A stretch of 29,299 bases of DNA from Candidatus Sumerlaeales bacterium (GCA_038243585.1 JBBSQY010000041.1:1-29299), one strand, 5' to 3'. Shown: positions 9,578 to 19,022, numbered from the stretch's first letter. Numbers and translations are program-made. Notes: generated from the letters alone by a model not told the origin.

Positions 9578-9613
9578 CAAAAAAGCGCCTGAGAAAAGCC
9601 AGGCGCTTTTTTG
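9578..9613. terminator. Bidirectional rho-independent terminator between convergent genes
   Basis: CAAAAAAGCGCCTG-AGAAAAGC-CAGGCGCTTTTTTG: 14-bp inverted repeat with A- and T-tracts on either side. Confidence 0.9.
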
Positions 9614-9646
9614 ATTAGATTTGTTTTGTTTGCTGCACTTTGTATT

Positions 9647-11005
9647 TTAATCTTTGTGATCTATTTCATCGCCGCTCGGTACTGGTTGTTCAAGTGCCGC
9701 TTCAGGGATCTCAAGGGTGAGATATTCAATTACCTGGGGTCGTAATTTTTGTGGTATAGTTGCCTCGATCCATGTCGTGGCATCCTCCAAATGAATGATA
9801 CGCTCGATATGGGCCTCGCGGTGAAGCATCGAGACGAGATCATGACGATCGGCAGGCAATGACAGCCGCACCCAGAGCATATTATGAGCGGCCAGTTCCG
9901 TCAGAATAGTCACAAGCTGCTCCAGTCCCTCTCCGGTTACTGTGCTTGTCGCCACCGCATAATCATAGCCGTCCGCAAGCTGCGCGAGCATCGACCGATC
10001 CTCGACCTGATCAATTTTATTAAGCACCAGAACCGTCGGCTTATCCAGCGCTTTCAACTCCCCGAGCACGGTCTCCGTAGCAACTCGCTGATGGTCCGCA
10101 TTCGGGTGGCTGGCATCCAGCACATGAACCAGGAACGTCGCCGTCTGCGATTCCTCCAAAGTGGATTTAAAAGCTTCAACCAGCGTGTGGGGCAGCTTGC
10201 GTATAAATCCGACAGTATCCGTGAGCAAAAGCGTCTGGTTGTTCGGCAGTATCAGCTTTCGGGTTGTGGGATCCAGGGTTGCAAATAACTTGTCTTCTTC
10301 CAGAACACCTGCACCGGTGAGAGCGTTTAACAGGGATGATTTTCCGGCGTTGGTATAGCCGACAATCGCAGCCTGAGGGATGGGAAGGTTTGACCGCTGC
10401 CGGCGCTGGTTGGCCCGCACCAGACGGACGTGTTTCAGGTCATGTTTCAGTCGGTCAATTTGTCTCCGCACTAGCCGGCGATCCACTTCCAGTTGCGCCT
10501 CTCCGGCGCCACCGCGTAATCCTCCTCCGCCGCGCTGGCGTTCGAGGTGCGTCCAGGCCCGGGTCAGCCGCGGCAGACTGTATTCCGCCCTGGCGAGTTC
10601 CACCTGCAGTCGCGCCTCGCTGGTGCTGGCGCGGTCAGCGAAAATTCCCAGGATCACTTCGCGGCGATCAATGACGGCAAGTTTCGTCAAACGTTCCCAG
10701 TTGCGCTGCTGGCTGGGAGTCAGATCGTCATCAAAAATAATCACTTCCGCTTCAAGAGCCTGGCATGTCTTCAAAATCTCTTCCGCCTTGCCTCCACCAA
10801 TCAGGTAAGTCGGGTTCATGTCGCGCAGCGTCACGACCTCGCGGCCAGCAACTGGCACGCCATACGTTTGCGTCAGGCTTTCCAGTTCGTCCAGATGCTC
10901 GCGGGCATCCAGAGGGGTCTCACCCTGCCGGCGAACTCCCACAAGGTATCCGGAAAGCGGCTTCTTCGCGTTATGTGCGGTATCGTGTAAAGCTATTTTA
11001 ATCAC
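9647..11005 (-). CDS. hflX: GTPase HflX (ribosome-splitting factor)
   Basis: DDDLTPSQQRN, IDRREVILGIF, ARLQVELA, G1 GYTNAGKSS, LFATLDPT, DTVGFI, G4 NKID. GTG start; exact start uncertain. Confidence 0.97.
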   Translation of the reverse strand: MIKIALHDTAHNAKKPLSGYLVGVRRQGETPLDAREHLDELESLTQTYGVPVAGREVVTLRDMNPTYLIGGGKAEEILKTCQALEAEVIIFDDDLTPSQQRNWERLTKLAVIDRREVILGIFADRASTSEARLQVELARAEYSLPRLTRAWTHLERQRGGGGLRGGAGEAQLEVDRRLVRRQIDRLKHDLKHVRLVRANQRRQRSNLPIPQAAIVGYTNAGKSSLLNALTGAGVLEEDKLFATLDPTTRKLILPNNQTLLLTDTVGFIRKLPHTLVEAFKSTLEESQTATFLVHVLDASHPNADHQRVATETVLGELKALDKPTVLVLNKIDQVEDRSMLAQLADGYDYAVATSTVTGEGLEQLVTILTELAAHNMLWVRLSLPADRHDLVSMLHREAHIERIIHLEDATTWIEATIPQKLRPQVIEYLTLEIPEAALEQPVPSGDEIDHKD

Positions 11006-11216
11006 CCCTGTGGTCTGAGTCTATTAGTCTGCTAAACTCTACAGGCACCGTTAAAAAATGTGCGAATTCAAGTAGTCGCATAATCGTCTTGCCGGCTGCT
11101 CTTCATGTGATGCGGATGCGTGCCAATTCCCATCACTTTTCAAACGGCGAGATACCTATTTACTTTCTTACCACTTTGCCCTTGAAACCCCGTAAGTTTG
11201 TAATCCAGTTGGGTCC

Positions 11217-12494
11217 ATGAACTCCACTGGAATGATCACAGAACGGTCGTCTCGCAAAGAAGTTGTCTCCTGGGCCTTTTATGACTGGGGCAATTCCGCC
11301 TTCGCAACCACAGTCATTGCGGGCTTCTTTCCCATCTTTTATAATGATTACTGGCGTCAGGGCGTTGAGCCGGCACAGAGCACCTACGAGCTGGGCGTGT
11401 TAAACAGCATCGCGGGCCTCGCTATAGCGCTCAGTGCGCCGTTGCTCGGGGCAATAGCGGATCGTGGCGCACGCAGAAAAATCATGCTCATGGGATTTGC
11501 CTGGATGGGCGCCATCGCCACCGCTGCCCTGGCCACCGTTCCCCAAGATCAGTGGCAAATGGCCGGCTTTTTCTTCATCCTTGGTATCATTGGTTTTCTC
11601 GGCGCCAACATTTTTTACGATTCCATGGTGGTTGATCTGTCGCGGGGCCGCAGCAGCGACAAAGTGTCGGCCCTGGGCTACGGAATGGGCTACCTTGGCG
11701 GCGGACTCCTTTTCAGCATAAACGTCGCCATGACTATAAAGCCGCAGTGGTTCGGCCTGAGCGGGCCGGCAGAGGCGGTGAAAATGTCATTTGTAACGGT
11801 CGGTGTCTGGTGGGCAGCGTTCAGCTTGCCGCTGGCTTTTTTCGTGAAAGATCGCAAGTGCGAGGAGTGTCCAATCGGCGAGTCGATTCGTCTCGGGATG
11901 AAGCAGCTGGCGCAGACGTTTCGCGAGATACGCAAGTATCGGCCGGTGGTTATTTTCCTGATCGCCTACTGGCTATATATCGACGCTGTTGATACGATCA
12001 TTTCCATGGCGACCAAGGTCGGCAAAGACATTAACTTCGAAACCAATGACCTCATCAAGGCATTGCTGCTGGTACAGTTCATCGCGTTTCCGGCCGCCAT
12101 CGCTTTCGGATTCCTGGGTCAGAAAATTGGCACAAAGCGGGCCATTTATATAGCCTTGGCGGTTTATGTCGGGGTCTGCGTGTGGGCGTGGCGTATGGAC
12201 AGCATCGGTGAATTTTACGGCCTCGCGGTGGCCATCGGCCTGGTCCAGGGCGGCGTCCAAAGCCTTAGCCGATCCTACTACTCACGGCTAATTCCGCCAG
12301 AGAAAGCCGTTGAGTTCTTCGGATTCTACAATATGTTAGGAAAGTTCGCGGCTCTGCTCGGACCGTTGCTGGTCGGCCAGGTGGGCCTGATAACCGGTCG
12401 GACCCAGGATGGGGTGCTGGCTCTCACGCTGATGCTCGTGGCTGGCGCCATATTACTTTCCCGAGTCCGCGAAGATCGGGTGGCGGTCGTATAA
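11217..12494 (+). CDS. MFS transporter, UMF1/Atg22-like family
   Basis: About 12 hydrophobic segments; SWAFYDWGNSAF, APLLGAIADRG, QSLSRSYYSRLIP, EFFGFYN. Confidence 0.9.
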   Translation: MNSTGMITERSSRKEVVSWAFYDWGNSAFATTVIAGFFPIFYNDYWRQGVEPAQSTYELGVLNSIAGLAIALSAPLLGAIADRGARRKIMLMGFAWMGAIATAALATVPQDQWQMAGFFFILGIIGFLGANIFYDSMVVDLSRGRSSDKVSALGYGMGYLGGGLLFSINVAMTIKPQWFGLSGPAEAVKMSFVTVGVWWAAFSLPLAFFVKDRKCEECPIGESIRLGMKQLAQTFREIRKYRPVVIFLIAYWLYIDAVDTIISMATKVGKDINFETNDLIKALLLVQFIAFPAAIAFGFLGQKIGTKRAIYIALAVYVGVCVWAWRMDSIGEFYGLAVAIGLVQGGVQSLSRSYYSRLIPPEKAVEFFGFYNMLGKFAALLGPLLVGQVGLITGRTQDGVLALTLMLVAGAILLSRVREDRVAVV

Positions 12495-12560
12495 CAAAAA
12501 TTAGCCGGATTAAAAAGCGGGCATGAACCATTTCTCGCCGCGGCGGGTAACAGAGCTTTT

Positions 12561-14477
12561 ATGAACATACTTTCCGCTCAAAGCGTTACCAAGTCCCACG
12601 GCATCAAGCTACTTTTCACAAATCTCTCATTCGGCATCGAAGATAACGACCGCGTCGGCGTGATCGGCGCAAACGGCAGCGGCAAGAGCACCCTGCTCAA
12701 ACTCCTGGCAGGGGAGGAGCCTGCCGACAGCGGCCAGGTGACAGTGCGACAGGGAACCCGCATTGAATATGCGCCGCAGAACCCGGCCTTCAATCCAGCG
12801 CACTCGGTTTTGGACCACATTTTCTCCGCCCATACGGAACTCTCAGACGTACTAAGGGAATATGAAGAGCTCTGCTGCCGCCTCGAAGCCGGACACACCC
12901 AGGTAGACGAAGATCGCCTCGCAGAAGTAATGATGCGCCTCGACGCCATGCAGGGCTGGGAGTATGAGACCAAGGCGCGAACGGTCCTGGCCAAACTTGG
13001 CGTGACAGACCTGACTGCGTCCATGAGCAGCCTGTCTGGCGGCTACCGCAAGCGTGTGACCCTCGCGCGCGCGCTGCTGGCAGAGGCCGATCTGCTGATT
13101 CTCGATGAGCCGACCAACCATCTTGACGCGGACACGGTTTCCTGGCTGGAAGATTATCTTAATCGCATGAGCGGAGCGCTTCTGCTCGTAACCCATGACC
13201 GGTATTTTCTGGACCGTGTAACGAAGCGGATCATCGAACTGGATAACGGCGAGTTGCGGGCCTATGAAGGCAACTTTACCTATTACCTGGAAAAGAAAGC
13301 AGAGCAGGAGGCGGCAGACGTCCGGACGGATGAGCGCCGCAGAAGCATACTCCGTAAGGAACTCGAGTGGCTCAGCCGTGGCGCACGGGCGCGCCGGACA
13401 AAGGAAAAACATCGCGTCGTCAACGTGAGAGAAATGCAGGCAGCCGGGCCTATGCGCAAGGCGGACGCGCTGAAATTTGAATCCGGTGGGCGCCGCCTGG
13501 GCAGCAAGATTGTCGAGATGGAAGACGTGTCGAAATCCCTTGGCGGGCGTACCCTCATCAAGGATTTCACCTACACCATCGCCCCCGGCGAACGCATGGG
13601 CATTTTAGGACCGAACGGCGCGGGCAAAACCACGCTGGTTAATCTTATCAGCGGAAAAATTCTGCCGGACTCCGGGACAATCGAGCTTGGCAGCACAGTC
13701 CAATTTGGATTTTTTGATCAGGAAAGCGCCGGTCTGGATATGGAAGAGCGGGCCATCGATTACGTGAAACGGGACGGCGGTGAAAACCTGAAAGGACCCG
13801 ACGGGTCCGTGCTGTCGGCAGAGCGGATGATGGAACGCTTTCTTTTCACTCCCCAGATGCTGTTCCAGGTGATCGGCAAGCTGTCCGGCGGCGAGCGGCG
13901 GCGGCTGTATTTGGTGCGGACGCTGATGAAAGATCCCAACTTCCTGATTCTGGATGAGCCCACAAACGACCTCGACATCCCGACGCTGCAGGCGCTGGAG
14001 GATTTTCTGGACGGGTTCGGCGGGTGCCTGCTGGTGGTGTCTCATGATCGGTATTTCCTCGATCGCACCGTGAATCACCTGTTGGCCGTCGAGGGAGACG
14101 GCGTGTTGCGTGACTACTCCGGCGATTACAGCCATTACGAGCAGACACGGGTTGCGCGTGCTGCGGAGGACATGGGCGTTGGCAAGCCGGCGTCCAAGCC
14201 CACCGCCTCCGAACAGAAACCAGCCGCAGCCGTGGAGGAAACGCCCGGCACTTCCCGAAAGAAGCTAAGCTTCAAAGAGCAGCGCGAACTGACGGAACTG
14301 GAAGAAAACTTCGTGAAATGGGAAAAGCGGATAAAGGCGATCGAACAGGAACTGTCCGTGCCATCGAGCGATTATAGCATACTTCAGGATCTTACCCGTG
14401 AACAGACAGACCTACAGGCAAAGCTCGATACCGGAATGGAACGGTGGGCGTCGCTGTCAGAGCGGGCCGGGGTTTGA
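12561..14477 (+). CDS. uup: ABC-F family ATPase (Uup-like)
   Basis: Two ABC domains with no TM segments: GANGSGKST / LSGGYRKR / LDEPTNHLD and GPNGAGKTT / LSGGERRR / LDEPTNDLD. Linker ELEWLSRGARARRTK; C-terminal KLSFKEQREL coiled coil ending MERWASL. Confidence 0.92.
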   Translation: MNILSAQSVTKSHGIKLLFTNLSFGIEDNDRVGVIGANGSGKSTLLKLLAGEEPADSGQVTVRQGTRIEYAPQNPAFNPAHSVLDHIFSAHTELSDVLREYEELCCRLEAGHTQVDEDRLAEVMMRLDAMQGWEYETKARTVLAKLGVTDLTASMSSLSGGYRKRVTLARALLAEADLLILDEPTNHLDADTVSWLEDYLNRMSGALLLVTHDRYFLDRVTKRIIELDNGELRAYEGNFTYYLEKKAEQEAADVRTDERRRSILRKELEWLSRGARARRTKEKHRVVNVREMQAAGPMRKADALKFESGGRRLGSKIVEMEDVSKSLGGRTLIKDFTYTIAPGERMGILGPNGAGKTTLVNLISGKILPDSGTIELGSTVQFGFFDQESAGLDMEERAIDYVKRDGGENLKGPDGSVLSAERMMERFLFTPQMLFQVIGKLSGGERRRLYLVRTLMKDPNFLILDEPTNDLDIPTLQALEDFLDGFGGCLLVVSHDRYFLDRTVNHLLAVEGDGVLRDYSGDYSHYEQTRVARAAEDMGVGKPASKPTASEQKPAAAVEETPGTSRKKLSFKEQRELTELEENFVKWEKRIKAIEQELSVPSSDYSILQDLTREQTDLQAKLDTGMERWASLSERAGV

Positions 14478-14481
14478 TTCC

Positions 14482-14653
14482 TGGCGCATAACCGGGACGG
14501 CAGCGTTCCCTCAGACAATAGAGATCCCCGGACGGTTGCTCAGGCCGCCCGGGGCTGTTAAGGAGGTAGTTCTCGCCACCGGTCGGGGTTCAGCTAACCG
14601 GTGGCCTCTTCGTGTTCTCTCACACGAGGGGGTATAAGGCAAGGACGGTGCCA
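14482..14653 (-). ncRNA. Candidate structured non-coding RNA with four hairpins and an exposed anti-Shine-Dalgarno sequence
   Basis: Terminal pairing TGGCGC(14482-87)/GTGCCA(14648-53). Internal stems at 14494-14510, 14526-14554, 14575-14605 (perfect 9 bp GCCACCGGT/ACCGGTGGC) and 14606-14631. ACCTCCTTA on the minus strand at 14559-14567. Strand assigned from recalled similarity to the E. coli ykfJ-prfH upstream region (unverified). Confidence 0.55.
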
Positions 14654-14807
14654 TCAAATTTTCATGCTTTGATAGCAGAGGAAATCAAAAATATCTCCAG
14701 TGCTTTTTAGAGATAATTAATATCGATTTTACCGTACAGCACTACATCTATAGTGGTTAGGAAAAACGAAAAATGCGATCTCCAGGCGGCATGCTCCGTC
14801 TCAAACT

Positions 14808-17789
14808 CTAAAGGATTTCCGCCAGAAATCGCCCGGTGTGACTTTCTGTCACCTGTGCTATCGCGGTCGGGGGACCGCATGCGACCAATTGACCACCCCC
14901 CGAGCCCGCTTCCGGCCCGAGGTCGATTACCCAGTCAGCCTGACGGATGATTTCCAGGTTATGCTCGATGATCAGCAGAGAATACCCGCGCTCCGTCAAC
15001 TGGCGAAACACCCGCGACAGCACGGCGAGGTCAGCAAGGTGGAGACCAGTCGTAGGCTCATCGAAAATCATCATCGTGCGAAGGCCCGTCGTCGCGCCCG
15101 TGTTAGACAGGTAGCTGGCCAGCTTGAGCCGCTGCGCCTCACCCCCGGACAGGGTCGCTGTACTTTGACCAAGGGTCAAATACCCCAGCCCAACGTCCCG
15201 CAGAGGCAGCAGGCGCTTAATAACCGCAGGTTGATCGGCGAAAAACTCGTTGGCGTCATCCACCGTCATACCCAGGATATCATCCACGTTCTTGTCATTC
15301 CAGGTAATCTCTAATACCCGGTTGCCGAACCGTTTCCCATCGCAATCCTCACACGGCAGCGTGACCTCCGCCAGGAAGTGCATGTCATAGGTTACTAGCC
15401 CCGCGCCCTCGCAGGTCTCGCATCGCCCGCCTGGCACGTTGAAAGAGAAATACGTCTCTGTGATGCCCTTGCTTTTGGCTTCTCGCGTGTTCGCAAGCAG
15501 CTTGCGAATGGGGTCGTATGCCTTGACGTAAGTGGCGGGATTGCTGCGGCTGGATCGCCCGATGGCGGATTGGTCCACCAGAATAATGGAACTCAGCTGA
15601 GTCAGCCCTTCCATATTGTCAAACCGCCCGACATCTTCAGAGGACAGTCCCATGGCCTGGTTAAAGCCCTGGAACAGGATGTTGTGTACAAGAGTGGATT
15701 TTCCGCTGCCGGAGACCCCGGAGATGCAGACCCAACAGTTGAGCGGTATGTCCACATTCAGCTTGTTGAGATTGTTTTCCCTGGCGCCCGTGATACGGAT
15801 AAACGGCTCAGGGCAAGGGAGACAGGATTCCGCTTTACCGGCAGACCCAATGGCGGTTTTTGATTTCTTCGGAGAAGTCGCCTTCGATTTCGCCGGTTTG
15901 GCTTTTGCTTTTCCTTTGGCTGCTGCGGCTTCAGGCTGGGATTCAGATAGAGCCAGGCCGGGCACCCTCTGCTCTTTAAGATAGCGCGCTGTCAGGCTTC
16001 CGTTCTTGTCTTTAAGCAAGTCCTCCGGAGTGCCATGAAACATTATCTGACCGCCGTGGCTACCGGCGGCGGGGCCAATGTCCAGCAGGAAGTCAGCCCC
16101 CAGGATCAGTTCCGGGTCATGCTCCACAACCACAACCGTGTTCCCTTTGTCCCGAAGATCCCGCAGGATGCCTAGCAACTTGCGGCTGTCGCGCGGATGC
16201 AGACCGACGGTCGGCTCGTCCAGCACATACAGGGTTTGCGTAAGGGCTGTCCCCAGGGCGGTAGCCAGGTTAATGCGCTGCGCCTCTCCGCCGGAAAGGG
16301 TGCGCGTCTGCCGGTCGAGGGTCAGATATCCCAGGCCGACCCGGTGCAAATACTGCAGACGCACAAGGATCTCCCGATGGACACGCCCAATGGCCTGCTG
16401 CTCATGGGGGAGCAGTTCGATGGTTTCCCATTCCGCCAGAAACTCGCTGATACTCAATCGGGAAACATCTCCGACGGCGCGCCGCTGCCATGCCGATCCC
16501 GCCGTCTCCGGCGCCCAAAACACGTTGTGGGCCGGGCGGGCCAGGCGGGTTCCCCGACACTGAGGGCACTCCGTATATCCGCGATAGCGCGCCACCATTA
16601 TACGCGACTGCACCTTATATCGTTCCGTCTCTAAATCCTTAAAAAACGAAACAATACCCTTATGACCTTTCATCCCATATTTCAGGATGTCGATCTGGTC
16701 CTGCGGCAAATCTTCCAGCGGAACATCAAAAGGGATTTTAGCAAACTGCGCGGTTTTAGTCAGCCATCGATAATTGATTTTGTAGCTGGGCGAGTTAAAC
16801 GGCGCGACCGGTCCATCATTAAGGTTCAATGAGATATTAGGCAACACCTTGTCCCAGTCCACGCCCGTCACGCGGCCAAAGCCTCCGCATTCCTGACAGG
16901 CGCCAAGGGGGCTGTTAAAGGAAAACATATTCGGTTCCGGACGGGGGAAATCCTGACCGCAGTTGTTACACCGATAACCCAGGCGAAAGATCCTCGGCTT
17001 TGCTTTTTCTTCCGCAGACCCGTCCGCAAGGTACACTTCCGCCGCGCCATGGCCAGCCTGAAAGGCTGTGGCAATGGATGACGACATTCGGTCGCGATCG
17101 TCTGCCGACACAGCCAGCCGATCAATAAGCACATGGAGCGTCTTAGAGTCCAGCGCATGATCGGGGACAACAGGGTTGCCCTCGTCCAGTTCAATAAAGG
17201 GGCGGTCGCCTACTCCGGTGTAGATGCGGGTGAAGCCAGCCCGCACAAGCTCGCGAATCAGCGCGTCGCCGGTCACAGCTACACTGTGGGCAATCGGCGC
17301 GACCACATAGACCCGCGCGCCGTCGTGATTTTTAAGATAATATTCCGTCACCGACTGCGGGGAATCCTCCCGGACTTCAATGTCGCAGTTGGGGCAGATC
17401 GTCTTGCCGGCTTTGGCGTAAAGCAGGCGCAGGTAATCAGAAATCTCCGTCGCCGTGCCGATGGTGCTGCGGGCGTTCTTAACCGTATTCTTCTGCTCAA
17501 TGGCGATGGCCGGTTGAATGTTGCGGACGTGATCCACGTCCGGGCGCTCCATCTTTTCGATGAACTGCCGGGCGTACGTGCTCATGCTTTCGACAAAGCG
17601 GCGCTGTCCCTCGGCGTAGAGGGTGTCGAAGGCGAGAGACGATTTACCGCTCCCTGACGGGCCGGTTACGACGGTCAGTTTTCCGAGAGGAATTTCCACA
17701 GAAATGTTTTTAAGGTTATGGGTTCTGGCGCCGAGGATTTCAATAAAACGGCGATTATGGCGGACGGGCGGTTTTGGAGGCATAGTCAC
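14808..17789 (-). CDS. uvrA: Excinuclease ABC subunit UvrA
   Basis: GARTHNLKN, Walker [28 protein letters not shown], two LSGGEAQR signatures, second Walker [10 protein letters not shown], zinc finger CETCEG..CEDCDG, DLGPEAG. Start is GTG 17789 or ATG 17783. Confidence 0.97.
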   Translation of the reverse strand: MTMPPKPPVRHNRRFIEILGARTHNLKNISVEIPLGKLTVVTGPSGSGKSSLAFDTLYAEGQRRFVESMSTYARQFIEKMERPDVDHVRNIQPAIAIEQKNTVKNARSTIGTATEISDYLRLLYAKAGKTICPNCDIEVREDSPQSVTEYYLKNHDGARVYVVAPIAHSVAVTGDALIRELVRAGFTRIYTGVGDRPFIELDEGNPVVPDHALDSKTLHVLIDRLAVSADDRDRMSSSIATAFQAGHGAAEVYLADGSAEEKAKPRIFRLGYRCNNCGQDFPRPEPNMFSFNSPLGACQECGGFGRVTGVDWDKVLPNISLNLNDGPVAPFNSPSYKINYRWLTKTAQFAKIPFDVPLEDLPQDQIDILKYGMKGHKGIVSFFKDLETERYKVQSRIMVARYRGYTECPQCRGTRLARPAHNVFWAPETAGSAWQRRAVGDVSRLSISEFLAEWETIELLPHEQQAIGRVHREILVRLQYLHRVGLGYLTLDRQTRTLSGGEAQRINLATALGTALTQTLYVLDEPTVGLHPRDSRKLLGILRDLRDKGNTVVVVEHDPELILGADFLLDIGPAAGSHGGQIMFHGTPEDLLKDKNGSLTARYLKEQRVPGLALSESQPEAAAAKGKAKAKPAKSKATSPKKSKTAIGSAGKAESCLPCPEPFIRITGARENNLNKLNVDIPLNCWVCISGVSGSGKSTLVHNILFQGFNQAMGLSSEDVGRFDNMEGLTQLSSIILVDQSAIGRSSRSNPATYVKAYDPIRKLLANTREAKSKGITETYFSFNVPGGRCETCEGAGLVTYDMHFLAEVTLPCEDCDGKRFGNRVLEITWNDKNVDDILGMTVDDANEFFADQPAVIKRLLPLRDVGLGYLTLGQSTATLSGGEAQRLKLASYLSNTGATTGLRTMMIFDEPTTGLHLADLAVLSRVFRQLTERGYSLLIIEHNLEIIRQADWVIDLGPEAGSGGGQLVACGPPTAIAQVTESHTGRFLAEIL

Positions 17790-17795
17790 AAATCC

Positions 17796-17808
17796 AGTAC
17801 ATTTGTTT
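17796..17808. promoter_or_regulatory. Possible LexA (GAAC/GTAC-N4-GTTC type) SOS box upstream of uvrA
   Basis: AGTAC-ATTT-GTTT lies just upstream of the uvrA start and is one mismatch from the GTAC-N4-GTTC variant of the Gram-positive/cyanobacterial-type LexA box. Confidence 0.3.
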
Positions 17809-17827
17809 TACAGGAATGATTTGTAAA

Positions 17828-17961
17828 GAAGTAGCACAACATGAAGTAGCATAGGCGTCCCGCCTGTGTACCTCTAACCGTCAGCATTTCCAAAAACAAT
17901 CACCACCCCACACCACACCAATCCTATCGTTATCACTTCACACACGTCCCGCCAATGCTAC
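17828..17961. repeat. REP family A inverted pair (REPIN-like)
   Basis: Partial head GAAGTAGCAC (17828-37), full copy 17841-17870 on +, a 70-nt A/C-rich spacer, and a degenerate inverted copy GTAGCATTGGCGGGACGTGTGTG on - (17961-17939). Confidence 0.75.
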
Positions 17962-19022
17962 CTCCTTCGCACCAGCAAAAACAAAAACACCGGCCCGCCG
18001 ATCAGCGCGGTAATGACGCCCGCAGGTATTTCTCCTGCGCTGCGCATTTCAACCCCCGCCAGCGTCAGCCATTCCAGCCCGCGCCAGCCCACCAGATCAC
18101 ACAAAACCAGGAACCCCGCGCCGCCGATGGCGCAAAGCGGCACAAGCAGGCGGTGATCCGGCCCCGCCGCCAGTCTCAGGATATGAGGAACCAGCAGCCC
18201 GGCAAATCCGATGGGTCCGCACAGCGCCACAGAGGTCGCCGCCAGCAACGTACCCGCGCCCAGCAGCCAGAAAACCTCCCGTCCGACATTGACGCCCAAA
18301 TGGCTGGCCGTCAGGGTATCTACGCTGAGCAGGTTCATAGAGCGGGCACGCCACGCCAGCACGGCCACACCGCAGCCCACCAGCGGAAGCGCAAACAAAG
18401 GGGCGCGGTAGCCCGCAACATCGAGCCCCCCCAGCCACCAATAGGTGATTTGGCGAGCGTTATCGGGATTGGCAAACACCTGGACGAGCATCATGGCGGC
18501 GCTAAGAATAAGGTTAATGATCAGCCCCGCCAGCAGAAGAGTAACAGGAGAAAAATGACGGTGGTTGCCCGCCAGGCGGACCAGGAAAATCACCGGCAAT
18601 AACGCCCCAAGAAAGCACAGGAGAGGCGTGGCTATGGGCAGGGTGGCGAGAGCCGCCGGCAGGGCCAGAACAGCGACAGCTTTTCCAATCGCCGCACCGG
18701 ATGAAACACCAAGGATATAAGGGTCCGCAAGGGGGTTTCGCAACACAGCCTGGTATGCGAGACCCGCGCAAGCGAGAGCGGCCCCGGCGATAAGACCTGT
18801 CAGAACCCTCGGCACCCGCGTCTGCCAGAAAATCAGGCCATCGGCGGTCTGATAATCAGACGCCAGAGAAAAATCCGCAATGGCCGTAGCCAGATTAATA
18901 GATTCCCCCGCAAGCGGAGCAACAACGGCAATTCCCGCCGTAATTGCCCCCGCCACGACGCACCACCGGCCCATGCGCGCCAAGGTAAGCAGAGAGTTGC
19001 GGGGCCGGAGGTTAGTAGACAT
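17958..19022 (-). CDS. FecCD/BtuC-family iron-siderophore or cobalamin ABC transporter permease
   Basis: WQTRVPRV, QAVLRNPLADPYILGVSSGA, A..LGVNV, GPIGFAGLLVPHI, IPAGVITALIGGPVFL. Confidence 0.93.
   Translation of the reverse strand: MSTNLRPRNSLLTLARMGRWCVVAGAITAGIAVVAPLAGESINLATAIADFSLASDYQTADGLIFWQTRVPRVLTGLIAGAALACAGLAYQAVLRNPLADPYILGVSSGAAIGKAVAVLALPAALATLPIATPLLCFLGALLPVIFLVRLAGNHRHFSPVTLLLAGLIINLILSAAMMLVQVFANPDNARQITYWWLGGLDVAGYRAPLFALPLVGCGVAVLAWRARSMNLLSVDTLTASHLGVNVGREVFWLLGAGTLLAATSVALCGPIGFAGLLVPHILRLAAGPDHRLLVPLCAIGGAGFLVLCDLVGWRGLEWLTLAGVEMRSAGEIPAGVITALIGGPVFLFLLVRRR

Noticed and set aside
11111..11125. TGGCACG..GCA sigma-54-like site on the minus strand upstream of hflX
   Set aside because: GG-to-GC spacing is 9 nt rather than the required 10.
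14482..14653. Assignment of the structured element as tRNA, tmRNA, SRP, 6S RNA or retron msr-msd
   Set aside because: No T-loop/D-loop cloverleaf, no tmRNA ends, no SRP helix-8 motif, branched rather than the 6S rod shape, and no reverse transcriptase in the window.
14740..14755. CACTACATCTATAGTG as an NrdR box
   Set aside because: The half-site spacing is 2 nt too long and no ribonucleotide reductase gene is nearby.
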